This document shows, one piece after another, positions 12,771 through 25,473 of a DNA stretch of 64,000 nucleotides. Position numbers and translations under genes: made by a program. Every line of letters begins with the position of its first letter. Position 1 is the first letter of the stretch. Origin of the DNA: Octopus sinensis (lineage: Eukaryota); assembly GCF_006345805.1 (NCBI RefSeq), contig NC_043005.1, forward strand, positions 105,710,001-105,774,000, in the 5' to 3' direction. A model generated the notes under the pieces. The model saw only the letters and a list, made by a program, of their open reading frames with translations, had not been told where the DNA came from and searched no databases.

Positions 12771-13074
12771 CATCATCATTTTAACGTCCAGTTTTCCATG
12801 GCTGCATGCGTCAGACTGATTCTATTGATGCAGTTATACAACAGCTAATTTCGTTCCTGTGACCAATCCTTACTCGTTTTCAAACAAAGTAGTATTTTTT
12901 TCATGCTCAGGTATGTTTTCGCAGAATATTGGAAAGGAAAGACATTAATTTACAACACTTTTACGATGTTAAGACAAGGAAACACAGACATACCCCCTCA
13001 TACACCCACACATGCGTACATATATATTATTCAAAACAGTTTGATTAGTATTCCATACTACATCAAGTTTCGAA

Positions 13075-13235
13075 GCACGCCGTTAGCACGCCGGGCGAAA
13101 TGCTTAGCAGTATTCCACCGAGGTCGACTTTGCCTTTCATCCTTTCGGGGTCGATAAATTAAGTACCAGTTGCGTACTAGTAATCGACCTACCTCCCTCA
13201 CTGAGCATTTCAGGCCTTGTGCATAGGGTTGAAAA
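13075..13235 (+). mobile_element. SINE family A with internal deletion
   Basis: gttagcacgccgggcgaaatgcttagcagtatt joined directly to ccaccgaggtcgactttgcc, so the B box is missing. Confidence 0.8.
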
Positions 13236-13259
13236 TATGTCTTGGTAGCCACTACACAC

Positions 13260-13415
13260 ATTTTTTTCTCTTTGTTTTTGTTTCTGTGTCCCTTTCTGCA
13301 GAAGAGCGTAGGCTCGAAACGTAAAAGACTTTTTCAATTCCTGAGCATTATACTAATACATCGGTTTGTTTTGTACACCACCTGTCTTCGTCTTTTGTTT
13401 TCTTCGTAAACTCTC
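13260..13415 (+). mobile_element. Short repeat family H with variant-core hammerhead-like motif
   Basis: GTCCCTTT-CTGCAGA-A-GAGC(GTAG)GCTC-GAAAC-GTA-AAAGAC at 13288-13329. Confidence 0.65.
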
Positions 13416-13417
13416 CC

Positions 13418-13454
<37 letters not shown>

Positions 13455-13629
13455 ACACAAGAGAGTAGAAAGCTAAATAAGGGCGCTGGACACATTTGGG
13501 AGTTACATGTATGAATCAAGACAGTTTAATCCAAACTCCTTACTACTCTGAGCTTCAAGCGTGATGCTAATCTTCGGCCATCTGCCTATCTGTCTATCTA
13601 TCGAGCTATCTATCTATTTCTTCTCTCTC

Positions 13630-13687
<58 letters not shown>

Positions 13688-14842
13688 CTGCAGCATAGCC
13701 CGGCGTTGTCCGGGTATGTAAGAACCCCTAGTAAGCAACGACTAATCCCAATCTAGTCCTTTCCCTATAGGGAACGAAGGCGCATGTGTAGGTTGCAATG
13801 TCTTCTTTTCACTCCCAAATAACTATCAAACAGCTATCGATAATTCAACCCAACCAATTCCTTCCAGGAAGAAATTACATTCGAGACTTTACCCCCAACA
13901 CCGCCACTTCTGCTAATAGCTGCTGCAGCTGCAAGTTATTCGAATCCTTTTTTTGTTTAAACTTTCTTTATAACTACCATCCCAAACGTTTTACCTAAAT
14001 TTTTGACGTACCCTAAGGGTCCTCGGACGCTACTAGCAAACTCTAGGTTTATTATAAACCGCTTTTGTCGTGTGCACCAAAAACCTTTTCCATTCGTTTC
14101 TTCAGTTGGTCACTTTTGACTTTTTCGTTGTTGTCACTCACATTGCTGCCGCTTTTTTGCCGTTTTTGTACATTTTTATACATTTTGGGATACTTACCCC
14201 TCGTGTTCCGAGAGTTAAAAAGGTCGAGTTGCGTCCCCTAGATAGTCTGTGGTTTGTGTTTAATACACAAATCGGTTTGCTATGTGTGCCACATATGATT
14301 TAAATAACCGATTTTTTCCAGTAATAAAGTATCCTATTGGAATAAAAAGGGCCATATAGCTCCTTGGAGCAGACATGATGCTCGCTGTGAATTAAAAAAA
14401 AATTCCTGCCAATTTGTGAAAGATATTGTCGAAAATATGTCATCTAGATTTTGAACACGATTTCCCAAAATGGCATGATTTTAATCGATTTTTTCTGATG
14501 GTAAGGTATTGCATGGAAACTAACGTCAGAAATAAGTTTCTTAGGGTAACATCAAGCTTCACCATGAGTTTGCTGAAATCGATAGCAAGTTTGCGAAACC
14601 TACAACAGAAAATGTGTTGCATATAAAAAGCTTAGATTCCGACCACATGTCGAATTTATTGATTTTTTTCAGATTGGGAGAACTTTTCAAAATTTTCGCT
14701 GCGATTAGTTTTTGAATTATGATATTGGGCTATGTGTATGTCAAGTTTCATTAGAATCGGTTGAAAGCCGTGGTCAGGGTGAGGGTACAACCTGACAGAC
14801 ACACAGACCACAGATAGACAAACTGCCGTTTATATAGAGAGA
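13688..14842 (-). mobile_element. Non-autonomous Helitron, long form (~1.15 kb)
   Basis: Minus strand begins TCTCTATATAAACGGCAGTTTGTC, matching the start of 42751-43133, and ends with the hairpin CCCGGACAACGCCGGG followed by a degenerate CTAG-like end (ctgcag-t), within TA tracts. Confidence 0.75.
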
Positions 14843-14978
14843 TATATATATATATATATTTATATACAGAGAGAGAGAGAAAGAGACAGTCAGACAGACA
14901 GATAGATAGAAAGAAGACTGTTTTTTTTCAATTTCCGTCGACGAAATCCACTGTAAAGTTTTCAGTCGGCACAAGTAG

Positions 14979-15022
<44 letters not shown>

Positions 15023-15354
15023 GTTTGCGTGTGTGCGTGTGTATGTGTGTACATATATATGTATGCATGTGTGTGCGTATGTATGTGTGTGTATGTATGT
15101 GTGTGTATGTATGTACGTATGTATGTTTTCCTTTAATCATTAATTGTGATTTTTATCGGCCACCAGTTTTGCAGCAAGGTCGTGAGGTTGCTTTGTTTAG
15201 CATCCTTTTAAATCCTAAGAAGGTTTTGTAGGTTATTATTGTACCAGATATCTGATCGTTTGTAGCGCACGAATCAAGGAGCTGCTGTCGCTCCCCCCAA
15301 AACCCATGTTCATCCATACTTCGTCCCAAGCTGATAGGAACTTCTCTTTGCTTC

Positions 15355-15386
<32 letters not shown>

Positions 15387-15451
15387 TGATGATGATGATG
15401 ATGATGATGGATGCTGAAAAGTTTCAAGCTCTATGCTATCAGCACGCAAAA

Positions 15452-16286
15452 CTAAATGCAATACCCAATACATACACTGGACCTGGAGGGACTGCAATCC
15501 CAGAGGCACAATCAGTGCGAGACTGGGTATTTACATAGTGATGATGCAACCTTTCATGTGCATGTTGCTAAATTGGCAATGAAATGTAGGCGGCTGACCG
15601 GATGGATTCTTAGAACCTTCAGAACAAGAGACCAGGAACCATGATGTCCTCTGGATGACACTTGTCCTAAGCCACCTTCACTATTGCTCTCAGCTATGGT
15701 CATCATCCAGTGTCAAGTTAATCACAGAACTTGAGGCGATCCAACGAAGCTACACGAAGAAGATAGCCTCTGTGCAGCATATAAGCTATTGGGAAAGACT
15801 CAAGAGATTGAGACTCTATTCCTTAGAGCGTAGGCGAGAAAGATATGCCATAATATACATCTGGAAGATCCTAGAAGGACTTGTCCGAAACTTTGGCATC
15901 GAGAGTTACACAAATGCCAGAACTGGGCGCCACTGCATAGTGCCAAGGACTCCAAATTTGCCATCAAGATGTAGGTCAAGATACTGTGATAGCTTGGGCT
16001 TCCGAGGCCCACAGCTCTTCAATATCCTCCCAAATAACCTAAGAGACCTGCATGGGGTGGATGCAGATGTCTTTAAAATGAAACTGGATCTCTTCTTGTC
16101 AGGTATCCCAGATGAACCAACTTCAAGGCAGGAGGTGCAGATGAGGGCAGCTGCATCGAACTCTCTCATGCACCAAATGTCAATTGCTAAAAAGCATTCG
16201 TGAAGTAAAATCATGTAGCAACACCAAATGGCGGTGACCCAGCATGGCCACAGCTTGTGTGCTGAAACTAGATAAATAAAAAAAAA
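15452..16286 (+). mobile_element. CR1/L2-type LINE, 5'-truncated ORF2 C-terminus plus 3' UTR and A-rich tail
   Basis: Frameshifted ORFs 15456-15644 and 15655-16203 read ...WILRTF...LVLSHLHYCSQLW...LEAIQRSYTK...YWERLKRLRLYSLERRRER...FNILP...FKMKLDLFL, typical of the post-RT region of CR1-group LINEs. Confidence 0.9.
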
Positions 16287-16299
16287 TAATGATAATAAT

Positions 16300-16441
16300 A
16301 ATAAAAACAATACCTGTTGTCATAGGTGCCCTGGGAGTGATAGCAAAAGGAACTAATTGCTACCTAACTCAGATACCAGGAAACCCAAAAAAGATTCAAA
16401 AGATAGTGCTCATGGGAACTGCTCATATCCTACGCGAAATA
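16300..16441 (+). mobile_element. R4/Dong-like LINE C-terminal fragment
   Basis: IKTIPVVIGALGVIAKG...IQKIVLMGTAHILR matches the C-terminus of the 47788 element (IPIIVGALG...IQKISLLGTAHILR); it follows a short (TAA)n tract. Confidence 0.75.
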
Positions 16442-16444
16442 CGT

Positions 16445-16975
16445 ACGTATGTATGTATGTATGTATGTATGTATGTATGTATGTATGTATGTATGTATGT
16501 ATGTATGTATGTATGTATTTATGTATGTACGTATTTATGTATGTATGTATCTATACATGAATGCATGTATGTATGTACGTACGTACGTACGTATGTATGT
16601 ATGTATGTATGTATGTATGTATGTATGTATGTATGTATGTATGTATGTATTATGTATTTATGTAGTTGTATGTATGTATGTATGTATGTATGTATGTATG
16701 TATGTTGTATGTAGTATGTTTGTATGTATGTATGTATGTTTTGTATTTATGTATGTATGTATGTATGTATGTTTGTTTATGTTGTATGTATTATGTATGT
16801 ATGTATGTTTGTATGTACGTACGTATGTATGTATGTATGTACGTATGTGTGTATGTATGTATGTATGTATGTATGTATGTATGTATGTGTGTATGTATGT
16901 ATGTATGTATGTATGTACGTATGTGTGTATGTATGTATGTATGTATGTATGTATGTATGTATGTATGTATGTATG
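16445..16975. repeat. (TATG)n microsatellite, ~530 bp
   Basis: Long imperfect tetranucleotide array; source of the MYVC/HTYI ORFs. Confidence 0.97.
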
Positions 16976-17209
16976 AACTGACAAACAAAGGAGGGGTTAT
17001 GTTTATTTTTCTCAGTGTAGATAACGAAGAAAAATGTTCAGAAATGTTAAAACTTTATCTAATTTCATGTAATGAGCTTTAAACAATCCCATCGAATCAG
17101 TCTCACTGTCTGCCAATCCCTCATTAAAAATGAAGTTTTAGTTTTTTATTTCATTGCGTAGGAAACTGCTATTATGAACATGTGCACCGTATTATTCACA
17201 CGCATATAT

Positions 17210-17218
17210 TTATATGCA

Positions 17219-17272
<54 letters not shown>

Positions 17273-17401
17273 TATATCTATATATTATATATATATATAT
17301 ATATGTGTGTGTGGTGTGTGTGTGTTGTGTGTGTGTGTGTGTGTATGTATATAATATATGTATATATATACATTTATATATATATGTATATGTATATATA
17401 T

Positions 17402-17459
<58 letters not shown>

Positions 17460-17470
17460 CATATAGGTTA
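17210..17470. repeat. (TA)n/(TG)n compound microsatellite
   Basis: Direct repeat run. Confidence 0.9.
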
Positions 17471-17510
17471 TATATAAAAATGTGTGTGTGTATGTATGTA
17501 TATACATATA

Positions 17511-17880
17511 GGTGCACGAGTGGCTGTGTGGTAAAAAGTTTGCCTCCCAGCCACATGGTTCCGGGTTCAGTCCCACTGTTTTCCACCTTGGGCAAGTATC
17601 TTCTACTATAGTCTCGAGCCGACCAAAGCCTTTTGAGTGGATTTGGTAGCCGGAAACTGAAAGAAGCCCGTCGTATGTGTGTGTGTGTGTGTTCGTCCCC
17701 CACCACTACTTGACAACCGTTGTTGGTGTATTTCCGTTACTGACACTTAACAGTTCGACAAAAGAGAAGGATAGAATAAGAATCTGACTTAAAAACAACA
17801 GTACTGGGATCGATTTGTTCAACTAAGCTTCTTCGAGGAGGTGCCCTAGCATGGCTGAAACAGGTAAAAGATTAAAGATA
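17511..17880 (+). mobile_element. SINE family B
   Basis: Head TGGCTGTGTGG...GGTTCAGTCCC, body and degenerate tail. Confidence 0.88.
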
Positions 17881-18021
17881 CGCATACCTGCATTTATAGC
17901 AAGGTATGTGAGCAGTGTTCGTTTTCGCTGCTTAGCTTTTCGGTAGGGTTTGACTGAGAACAAAAGAATCAAAGATATTCTTGCTGTGGCCATCACTGTC
18001 ATCCTTACTGTATGTGGCCGA

Positions 18022-18250
18022 GCACGAGCTGGCAGAATCGTTAGCACGCCGGGCGAAATGCTCAGCAGTATTTCGTCTGTCGCTACGTTCTGAGTTCAAA
18101 TTCCGCGGAGGTCGACTTTGCCTTTCATCCTTTCGGGGTCGATTAAATAAGTACCAATTAAGCACTGGGCTCGATATCATCGACTTAATCCGTTTGTCTG
18201 TCCTTGTTTGTCCCCTCTGTGTTTAGCCCCTTGTGGGTAGTAAAGAAATA
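18022..18250 (+). mobile_element. SINE family A (full length)
   Basis: gagctggcagaatcgttagc...gagttcaaattcc...gtgggtagtaaagaaata. Confidence 0.92.
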
Positions 18251-18266
18251 TATCTTAATGAAAGAA

Positions 18267-18915
18267 GCCCTCGCATCTTGAAACCAAAGATAGTCGTTTT
18301 TCTTCTAACGCTGAAGCCGCTCAAGCTGCTCACAGTAGTTCTCCTTTGTTATCGTTTGGTTTGGGTTTAAAAGTTCAAAGTTGACTACACCTTTCATATT
18401 CCACCAAACAGATAACTACATCTTACGTGGGTGAAGGCCTTCTTTCGCCTGGGGTGCCGGTGTTTCTCCTTTCCCTACCCACTGTCTTTGGCGCTTGACA
18501 TTTTCATAGAGAGCCCATTTCTCGTCACCAATCATTTTTCGGTTCAAAAAAAGGTTCATTCGTGAAATGTGACAGCAAAGATTAGACTCGGAAAGTTTGT
18601 GAGAACCCATTGACCCCATTTGGTGGCTTTTCCGATGGCACGCAGGTGTCGATGAATGGCTGAATGACCAAATCCAAGCTTCTTTGCTAGTTACAATGTA
18701 AATTTTGTCCCACCAGTGTTTGAAGGACGTCCTCGTCGAGCTCTACAGATCCTCCAGGACGAGGCTCGTCTTCTAGGATGTAGTTTCCGGCACAGAATTT
18801 CTGAAACCACCGCAAAATATGCCGAATATGCTCCTTTGTCACTTCCATTATAGCTTTTAAAGAATAACTGTTAAAATCGAACTACACTCTTCAAAAATTG
18901 CACTTAGAATAAGGA
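18267..18915 (-). mobile_element. Mariner (DD34D-type) transposase remnant
   Basis: ATG at 18848 gives MEVTKEHIRHIL, then (after a deletion) RWFQKF...LEDEPRPG...; later IGDEKWALYENVKRQRQW...LHPRK..LSVWWNMKGVV.FELL; stops, frameshifts and a truncated end. Confidence 0.88.
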
Positions 18916-19334
18916 CAAGGTAAAATTACTACCAGCTTTTATAGCCAGCTGGTGCAGGTAGTTTATCCCGTCCCCCTCTGGCTTTTAATTCATGCAATTG
19001 AAAATACCTGATTTTCACAGGAGAGCATATTTTTTCTCGTAGGTTGAACAAACCACATCTGTGTTCACCAAGTTTGGGGTCTTAAATCGTCCAACCTCTA
19101 ACTTTAAAATAATTAGTATAGATTAGTGTTGTAGTTTTGTCCTGGGGCTAGGTATAACTGAGAAGTCGAATGATCGATGTCATTCCAGCATTGGCCATAA
19201 CGTTTGCTGTACTTCTAAGTCGATACTGTTTAATGCGTCCTTTCAGTTTTCAGTCAGTGAGATGTGGTTTGATGAAATTTTGACTGAGATTTCTAGCAAA
19301 TCGAATGACAGCTTCGAGGCTGTCGCTGATTCGA

Positions 19335-19520
19335 TGTGTGGTGTTGTTGTTTACCCCAAGGCCAACTCTGATTGAGCAGACTTATGATCAAAAGTGTTCC
19401 ATCCATGACCATCCTAATTTACTAAAAGGTGTCTAAGGCAACATTATGCTACTTGTTCTTCTTCGTTTCAAGATGTCAGAGTGTAATTTGACTGCTATGA
19501 CTAGCAGGGCTAGTGATCAC
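19335..19520 (+). mobile_element. Dispersed repeat family E
   Basis: Homologous to 3160-3345, 51635-51815 and 52860-53050. Confidence 0.6.
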
Positions 19521-19743
19521 GATCGAAAAAGCTAACAAAAAAAAAAAAAAAAAAAAAAAAGAAAAATAAAAGAGAATGAGGAAATGGCAGTCAAAGATGA
19601 TGCTAATGTTTGAGTGGTTACATCATTTTCACATTCAGCTAAATACCAACATGTAGAAGGTGACTACATATGTTTTTAACTTTCAAAATACTCCCATTAA
19701 CCTATAGTCCGTAGTGGAAGAGAGGACTGCTCTGTTGCTGCTG

Positions 19744-19776
<33 letters not shown>

Positions 19777-19908
19777 ATGCGCTGCTGTTGAACATATCTT
19801 TAACAAGAAGAATAACCTGGATCCGCCTCACACACATTTGTGACATTTGAAATATAGATGTCAACAAACAACAAATTTACTATGTAGTCTTTTTTTTTTT
19901 ACTCACCG

Positions 19909-20050
19909 AGGCGCGGGTATGTCGATGTTTAAGAAGCTTGCTTTACAACCACGGAGATTCAGGTTCAGTCCCACTGCGAGGCAACTCAGGCAGATGTCTT
20001 CTACTATAGCGCCTGGCCGACCAAAGCCGTGTCAATGAATTTGGTACACG
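19909..20050 (+). mobile_element. SINE family B 5' part
   Basis: Diverged head with GGTTCAGTCCCACTGC, ending at a (TG)n tract. Confidence 0.75.
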
Positions 20051-20061
20051 TGTGGAATGTG

Positions 20062-20101
<40 letters not shown>

Positions 20102-20124
20102 AGTTCAAAATGATACAAGCAACA

Positions 20125-20260
20125 AAAGACAGAGATTGGTGAGGGAACAACAAACAAGGTGTAATATTTTGACGCTCAGGAAAAATGGAAGAGGTCTTTG
20201 ACGTTTCGAGCCGATGCTCTTCTACAGAAATGAATAAGTAGAGAAAACAGGAGAAAGGAA
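20125..20260 (-). mobile_element. Short repeat family H with variant-core hammerhead-like motif
   Basis: Minus strand TTT-CTGTAGA-A-GAGC(ATCG)GCTC-GAAAC-GTC-AAAGACC at 20194-20232. Confidence 0.65.
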
Positions 20261-20371
20261 AAAATTGAAAAAATAAAACGTGTCTGGATTAACGATTACT
20301 CTCTCTCTCTCTCTACCTGACGCTCTCTCTCTCTCTCTCTCTCTGTCGCTCTCTTTCTCTCTCTCTCGCTC

Positions 20372-20724
20372 TACATACATACATACACAAACATAAATAC
20401 ATACATACATACGTACATACATACGTACGTACGTACATAATACATTCATGCACACATACATACATACATGCATACATACATACATACATACATACATACA
20501 TACATACATACATACATACATACGTACATACATACGTACGCACATACATACATACATACATATACACACATACATACATACATACATATATACATACATA
20601 CATACATACATACATGCAAACATACATACATACATATACATGCTTACATACATACATTATACATACATACATACATACATACATACATACATACATACAT
20701 ACATACATACATACATACATACAT
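20372..20724. repeat. (TACA)n microsatellite
   Basis: Long imperfect tetranucleotide array preceded by (CT)n. Confidence 0.95.
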
Positions 20725-20876
20725 AGGTGTAGGCATGGCCGTGTGGTAAGAAGTTTGTTTCCCAGTCACATAGTTTAGGGTTCAGTGGCATCTTGGGTAA
20801 GTCTCTTCTACTAAAACCTTAGACCCACATAAGCTTTATGAGAGGATTTGGTAGACGGAAACTGAAAGAAACTCGG

Positions 20877-20923
<47 letters not shown>

Positions 20924-21135
20924 CTATGTGTGTATGTTCGTGTCGGTGTTTGTCCCCCACCACCGCTTGAGAACCGATGTCGGTGTGTTTACATCTCCAT
21001 AACTTAGCGGTTCAGCTAAAAGACTAATAGAATAAATACCAGACTTAATAAAAAGAAACAATTACTGGAGTCGATCTGTTCGACTAAAACCACTCAAGGT
21101 GGTGCCCCGGCGTTGCCACAATCCAATAACTGAAA
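20725..21135 (+). mobile_element. SINE family B
   Basis: Head, internal (TA)n and tail ggtggtgccccgg...actgaaac. Confidence 0.85.
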
Positions 21136-21214
21136 CCATCACACAAATATACACACACGCATGCACACAGAGACAGACAAGCAGACAGACAGAAACACAC
21201 ACACGAAGGCGGCA

Positions 21215-21445
21215 AACTGGCAGAGACGTTAGCACGCCGGGCGAGATGCTTAGCGGTATTTTGTCTGCCGTTACCTTTCTGAGTTCAAATTCCGCCGAGG
21301 TCGACTTTGCCTTTCATCCTTTCGGGGTCGATAAATTAAGTACAAGCTACGCACTGGGGTCGACGTAATCGAATTAATACCTTTGTCTGTCCTTGTTTGT
21401 CCTCTCTATGTTTAGCCCCCTGTGGGCAATAAAGAAATAAGAAAT
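21215..21445 (+). mobile_element. SINE family A
   Basis: Full head, body and tail. Confidence 0.9.
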
Positions 21446-22399
21446 AAGAAACAGACACACACGCACACACAGATGTTTTAAAAGAAACTTAAATACTTCT
21501 ACTTGAGTTGCTTCCAGTGCATCACGGAAACTATCTCTCATTGAAATATCTTCAAAGAACATCTACGAATGTATTAAGAGCTGCTAGGGCTGTGGTACAA
21601 CCATGTCAGCTAGTATGTAGAATGGTATACGGCCAGTTACACATAGTCATCATTCATCTGCTAAAATGAAGAACGCTCTGAGGAAATGCAAGATCAGACA
21701 CACAAATCTGAACAATGTTGCTACTGCCTTACCATTTAGTGGAAGAGAACCAAGGGTTGTGCGACCATGGCACACGCAGCTTCTAAAGTTAAGGGGAGAG
21801 AACACATAAAGGAAATGGCACCGTATCACATACAAAACAAATTTTTTAACTAATTTCTTTTTATAATACGCGAAATATTTCAGTAGTCTTAAAATACGTA
21901 ATTGTGGTCTCGTTTCATTAATTTCATGTTTCAGCAACATTATGTGGTTATGTATGAAACTGACAACTACTGATCTAGGGGTGACTTGAAAATGGCCTAA
22001 CTGCATGGGATCGTCAAGCGTCGAGAGATTATGACGTCAGGGTTTGTTTTGGTTCTTCAGATGTCAACAGCTACAAACACAGCACAGGAGATTGAGCAGA
22101 TCAAAAACACAGGTGGTTGGTCAAATAGAGTAATGATTCCAGAAAGTTCTTCCAATGCCACGTGTTAAAAAAGATTCATTTTTATCGCATAAGTCAATTA
22201 AAGAGTTTTAAAAAATTGCCAAAATAACACCAATTTTGAAAAATGTGCTCATGGCGAGCGGTCTCTTCCTTCAGTTTCCTACTAACTACGCCACTGGGTC
22301 CATGACTACATCCATTATTACCATCACACACACTATATATGTAATGTGTGTGTGTGAGTATGAGTGTGTATGTGTGAGTATGTGTGTGCGTGAGAGGGC

Positions 22400-22470
22400 G
22401 AGTGAGTGAGTGAGTGAGTGAGTGAGTGAGTGAGTGAGTGAGTGAGTGGGTGGGTGGGTGGGTGAGTGGT
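22400..22470. repeat. (GAGT)n/(GGGT)n microsatellite
   Basis: Direct repeat run. Confidence 0.9.
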
Positions 22471-23787
22471 GAGTGAGAGCGTGGGTGTGTTTGTCCCCGT
22501 GAAAAATTTCAGTATTGCAAATTCTTCTGCACGATTTTTTTCCTCCCGAATCTTCAACCATAATTGAGAAGAGATATGACCAGCGTGTTAGATTGTTTTA
22601 TGGATCCGTTCGAGTCTCGCAATTCTCAGTGACTTCATTTCTCATGTAACCAATGTAAAGTAATCAAGTCTCATATGGAGTAACTAAATGAGCTTTTGAG
22701 TCGAGTAAATTTTGGCTGACCAGATCGTGCAAACATCCAAACAGACGTTGCAAACTGTGCACTTCAGAGTTTTATGAAGTGCTTTTTTAAACGTTTCTTA
22801 TCTCAATGAACATTCTGAACTGATTTCTGTGTGCAAAGAGGATTTCCAACACCGAAGCTTTCTGAACGATTCTTTGTGTGACTTTGATTACTGGGGACTA
22901 ACAGGAGTGGTATTCTCTTGTGTTTAGAATGGAATTTGATACAATTAGAAGATATATAGTTGGTTTTTCACAGAATTTTTTTAATGTTTCAAGATTTCGT
23001 ATTTATTCTAATTGCTCTAAAATGATTTCCTTGAGTCACTTTCGAGAAAAAGAAACCGAATTATTCAATGAGATTGATTTCTCAACTTCTTGATAATGTC
23101 GTTCATAAATATCGGTTGTAACTGAAACACGAACTTTCAAATACAACTTGTATGGTTTGCATTTCTAGTTTTTAGGAAGTTTTGTAGATTTTCTGTCATT
23201 TCTGAGTTTGTTACTTGTTGGCATGCAGGTTTCCTAGGCATAATATTCATTCATAGGCCATCTGAGTTAAGCTGGTTTGTGATTTATACGAGTGACGTCC
23301 ATTTGAAAAACTGGCGCAAACACTCTGTCACACGATATATAGATGTGTTTTGTGAATACTTCACAACTTTTATAACTGTTACTGCACACATGGGGTAGAT
23401 GTTTTTATCATCAGTGGGATTTGTCGAAAATAATTCCTTGAAATGATAGTTGTAATTCTGTGATAGACATGTGAGTATATTTCTTCCTCACAAATTGTTC
23501 ACTTTTTGCTCAGCAGTTTTGCAACCTTGTAGACCGTTGAATATTTCATAGTTTTACATGCTTCACCCTCCCAGTTATTACACACTAACTTCTCCCTGAC
23601 ATTTTACTTTGCCCTTTCTTTTTTTTTTCAATAGTATTTTCTTTTGCTCTTCCTGTAAACCTAAAACTTCTGGCTTTGCAACATTTTATCGAATTGTTTA
23701 TCTTTATTTCTGAAGGTTCAGGAGAAGAAACTGCAATAAAGTTAGTAATACTAAACTTTTCAGTTTTATTTTGCATTTGTTATATTT

Positions 23788-23865
23788 GGAGGGTAGATCA
23801 GCTGAAACGTGTTAACAACAAACAAGATGAGGACAGATATCCATCAAATGTAAATAATGTACGTT
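23788..23865 (+). mobile_element. 3' fragment of the hammerhead-bearing tRNA-headed element
   Basis: ggagggtagatcagctGAAACGtgttaacaacaaacaagatgaggac...aaatgtaaataatgtacgt aligns to 49366-49465 and retains GAAACG. Confidence 0.8.
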
Positions 23866-24987
23866 AATTGAGTAGTTCTTCCCCATAATGTTCCTCGTAT
23901 AGGATGTCATTTCATAGAATGCTGGAATGAAGAATTTCAAAGTTCTTAGCACTCATGGAGCTCATAGACATTTTGTGGTGCCAATATCATGAGCATTTCT
24001 GGTTATTATTATCACTGTAATAGAAACGAGCACAGAGCCAATCCTCCCTCAGCCCAGTAATGTTACCATTTATCCATACTTCTGAGCCAGGTTAAGAAAT
24101 TTCACTTTGGATTAGAAAATAGAGAATCCCAACAATTGGAGAGAGAGAGTATGTGAAACTTTGGCCATAATAATGAAGTCCCATTACATGGTACCGAGGG
24201 AGGAATTTACAGTGAAATAAATCTGATTTCAATGTGTGATTTGAATTTTCTTTTATCTTTCTCTAGATAAGGTAAAATAAGAATAAAGAGAACATTCTGA
24301 TATTTCTTGTGAAATCACTTTGTAACTTATAAAGTCTTTTGGCAGCCAAATTCGTTCCTCTCTTTCTCTCTTTCTCTCTCATTGTCATTCTCTCTCTGTC
24401 TAATTCTCCTTCTCTCAGACTTCCCCTCACTCTCTTCTTTCTCTTTCTTTTCTTGTATTTATTAGTCTTTATCACATATACATTTTTATTCTATGTCATT
24501 CCCACCAAATTTACAACTGACACACCTCCTGACTCCAACCATTTTCCTCAAATTTATACCCTCTCCCTTTCGACCTCTCTCCCTTATATTCCCTACACAC
24601 TCTCCCTTTCTTTCCATCATTTCTACCTATTTTTACTCTCATTATCTCTGTAAAATATTTTTCACTTTAAACCTTCTTTGCTTTTCCATCCTTCTACCTC
24701 TCCCTCTCCTTCCATCCCCCTTTCCCTGCACCTCAAACTACCCCTAATTTCATCCTTAATTCTCTAACTTACATTGTTCTCTTTAAAAAAAAAGTTTTAT
24801 TTTTATTCTACAATTTCATTTTTCATCAAAATTTTTCCACCAAGAATTTAGGTTAAATATTTTTTTAAAAGAACTCTAAATGTAAAAAAAACCCTATCAT
24901 ATATACATATATGTAATATGTGTGTATATAGATACATATGCCTACATCTCTCTCTCTCTCGATCTCTCTCTCTCTCTCTCTCTCCTC

Positions 24988-25023
<36 letters not shown>

Positions 25024-25056
25024 ATATGTCTGGTTTGAATGTATGTTGCTATTCAG

Positions 25057-25093
<37 letters not shown>

Positions 25094-25441
25094 ATATATA
25101 TATTATATATATATATATATGTTATGTATATATATTTATTTATATGTAGTTGACATAAATCATTGATTAAATGTAAATAAACAAATAAAAAAAATTGATA
25201 AATAGACAGATTACCAGACAAAATAGACAGATAAATAGATAAAGAGATGGATATACAGAAGGCTAGATAGATAAATAGGTAGATAAGGATGTATTTTGGG
25301 GGGAAATTACATGAGCTTTGACAAAAACAGTTCTACATATTTTTTTGTGTGCCTGTGCATAAGTGTGTATATAAAGATACATATACACGTATACACACAT
25401 ATGCACAAAAATATATCTATATCCCTACATATATGTATTAT

Positions 25442-25473
<32 letters not shown>

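Noticed and set aside
16289-17082. MYVC/HTYI-repeat ORFs (also 20222-20749, 54942-55576 and the YI-repeat ORFs)
   Set aside because: Translations of TATG/TA/TG microsatellites.
22580-23600. Non-repetitive stretch with Cys-rich and RWPM-like peptides on the minus strand (piggyBac or host exon?)
   Set aside because: All frames have frequent stops and the motifs do not line up in order; cannot be assigned.
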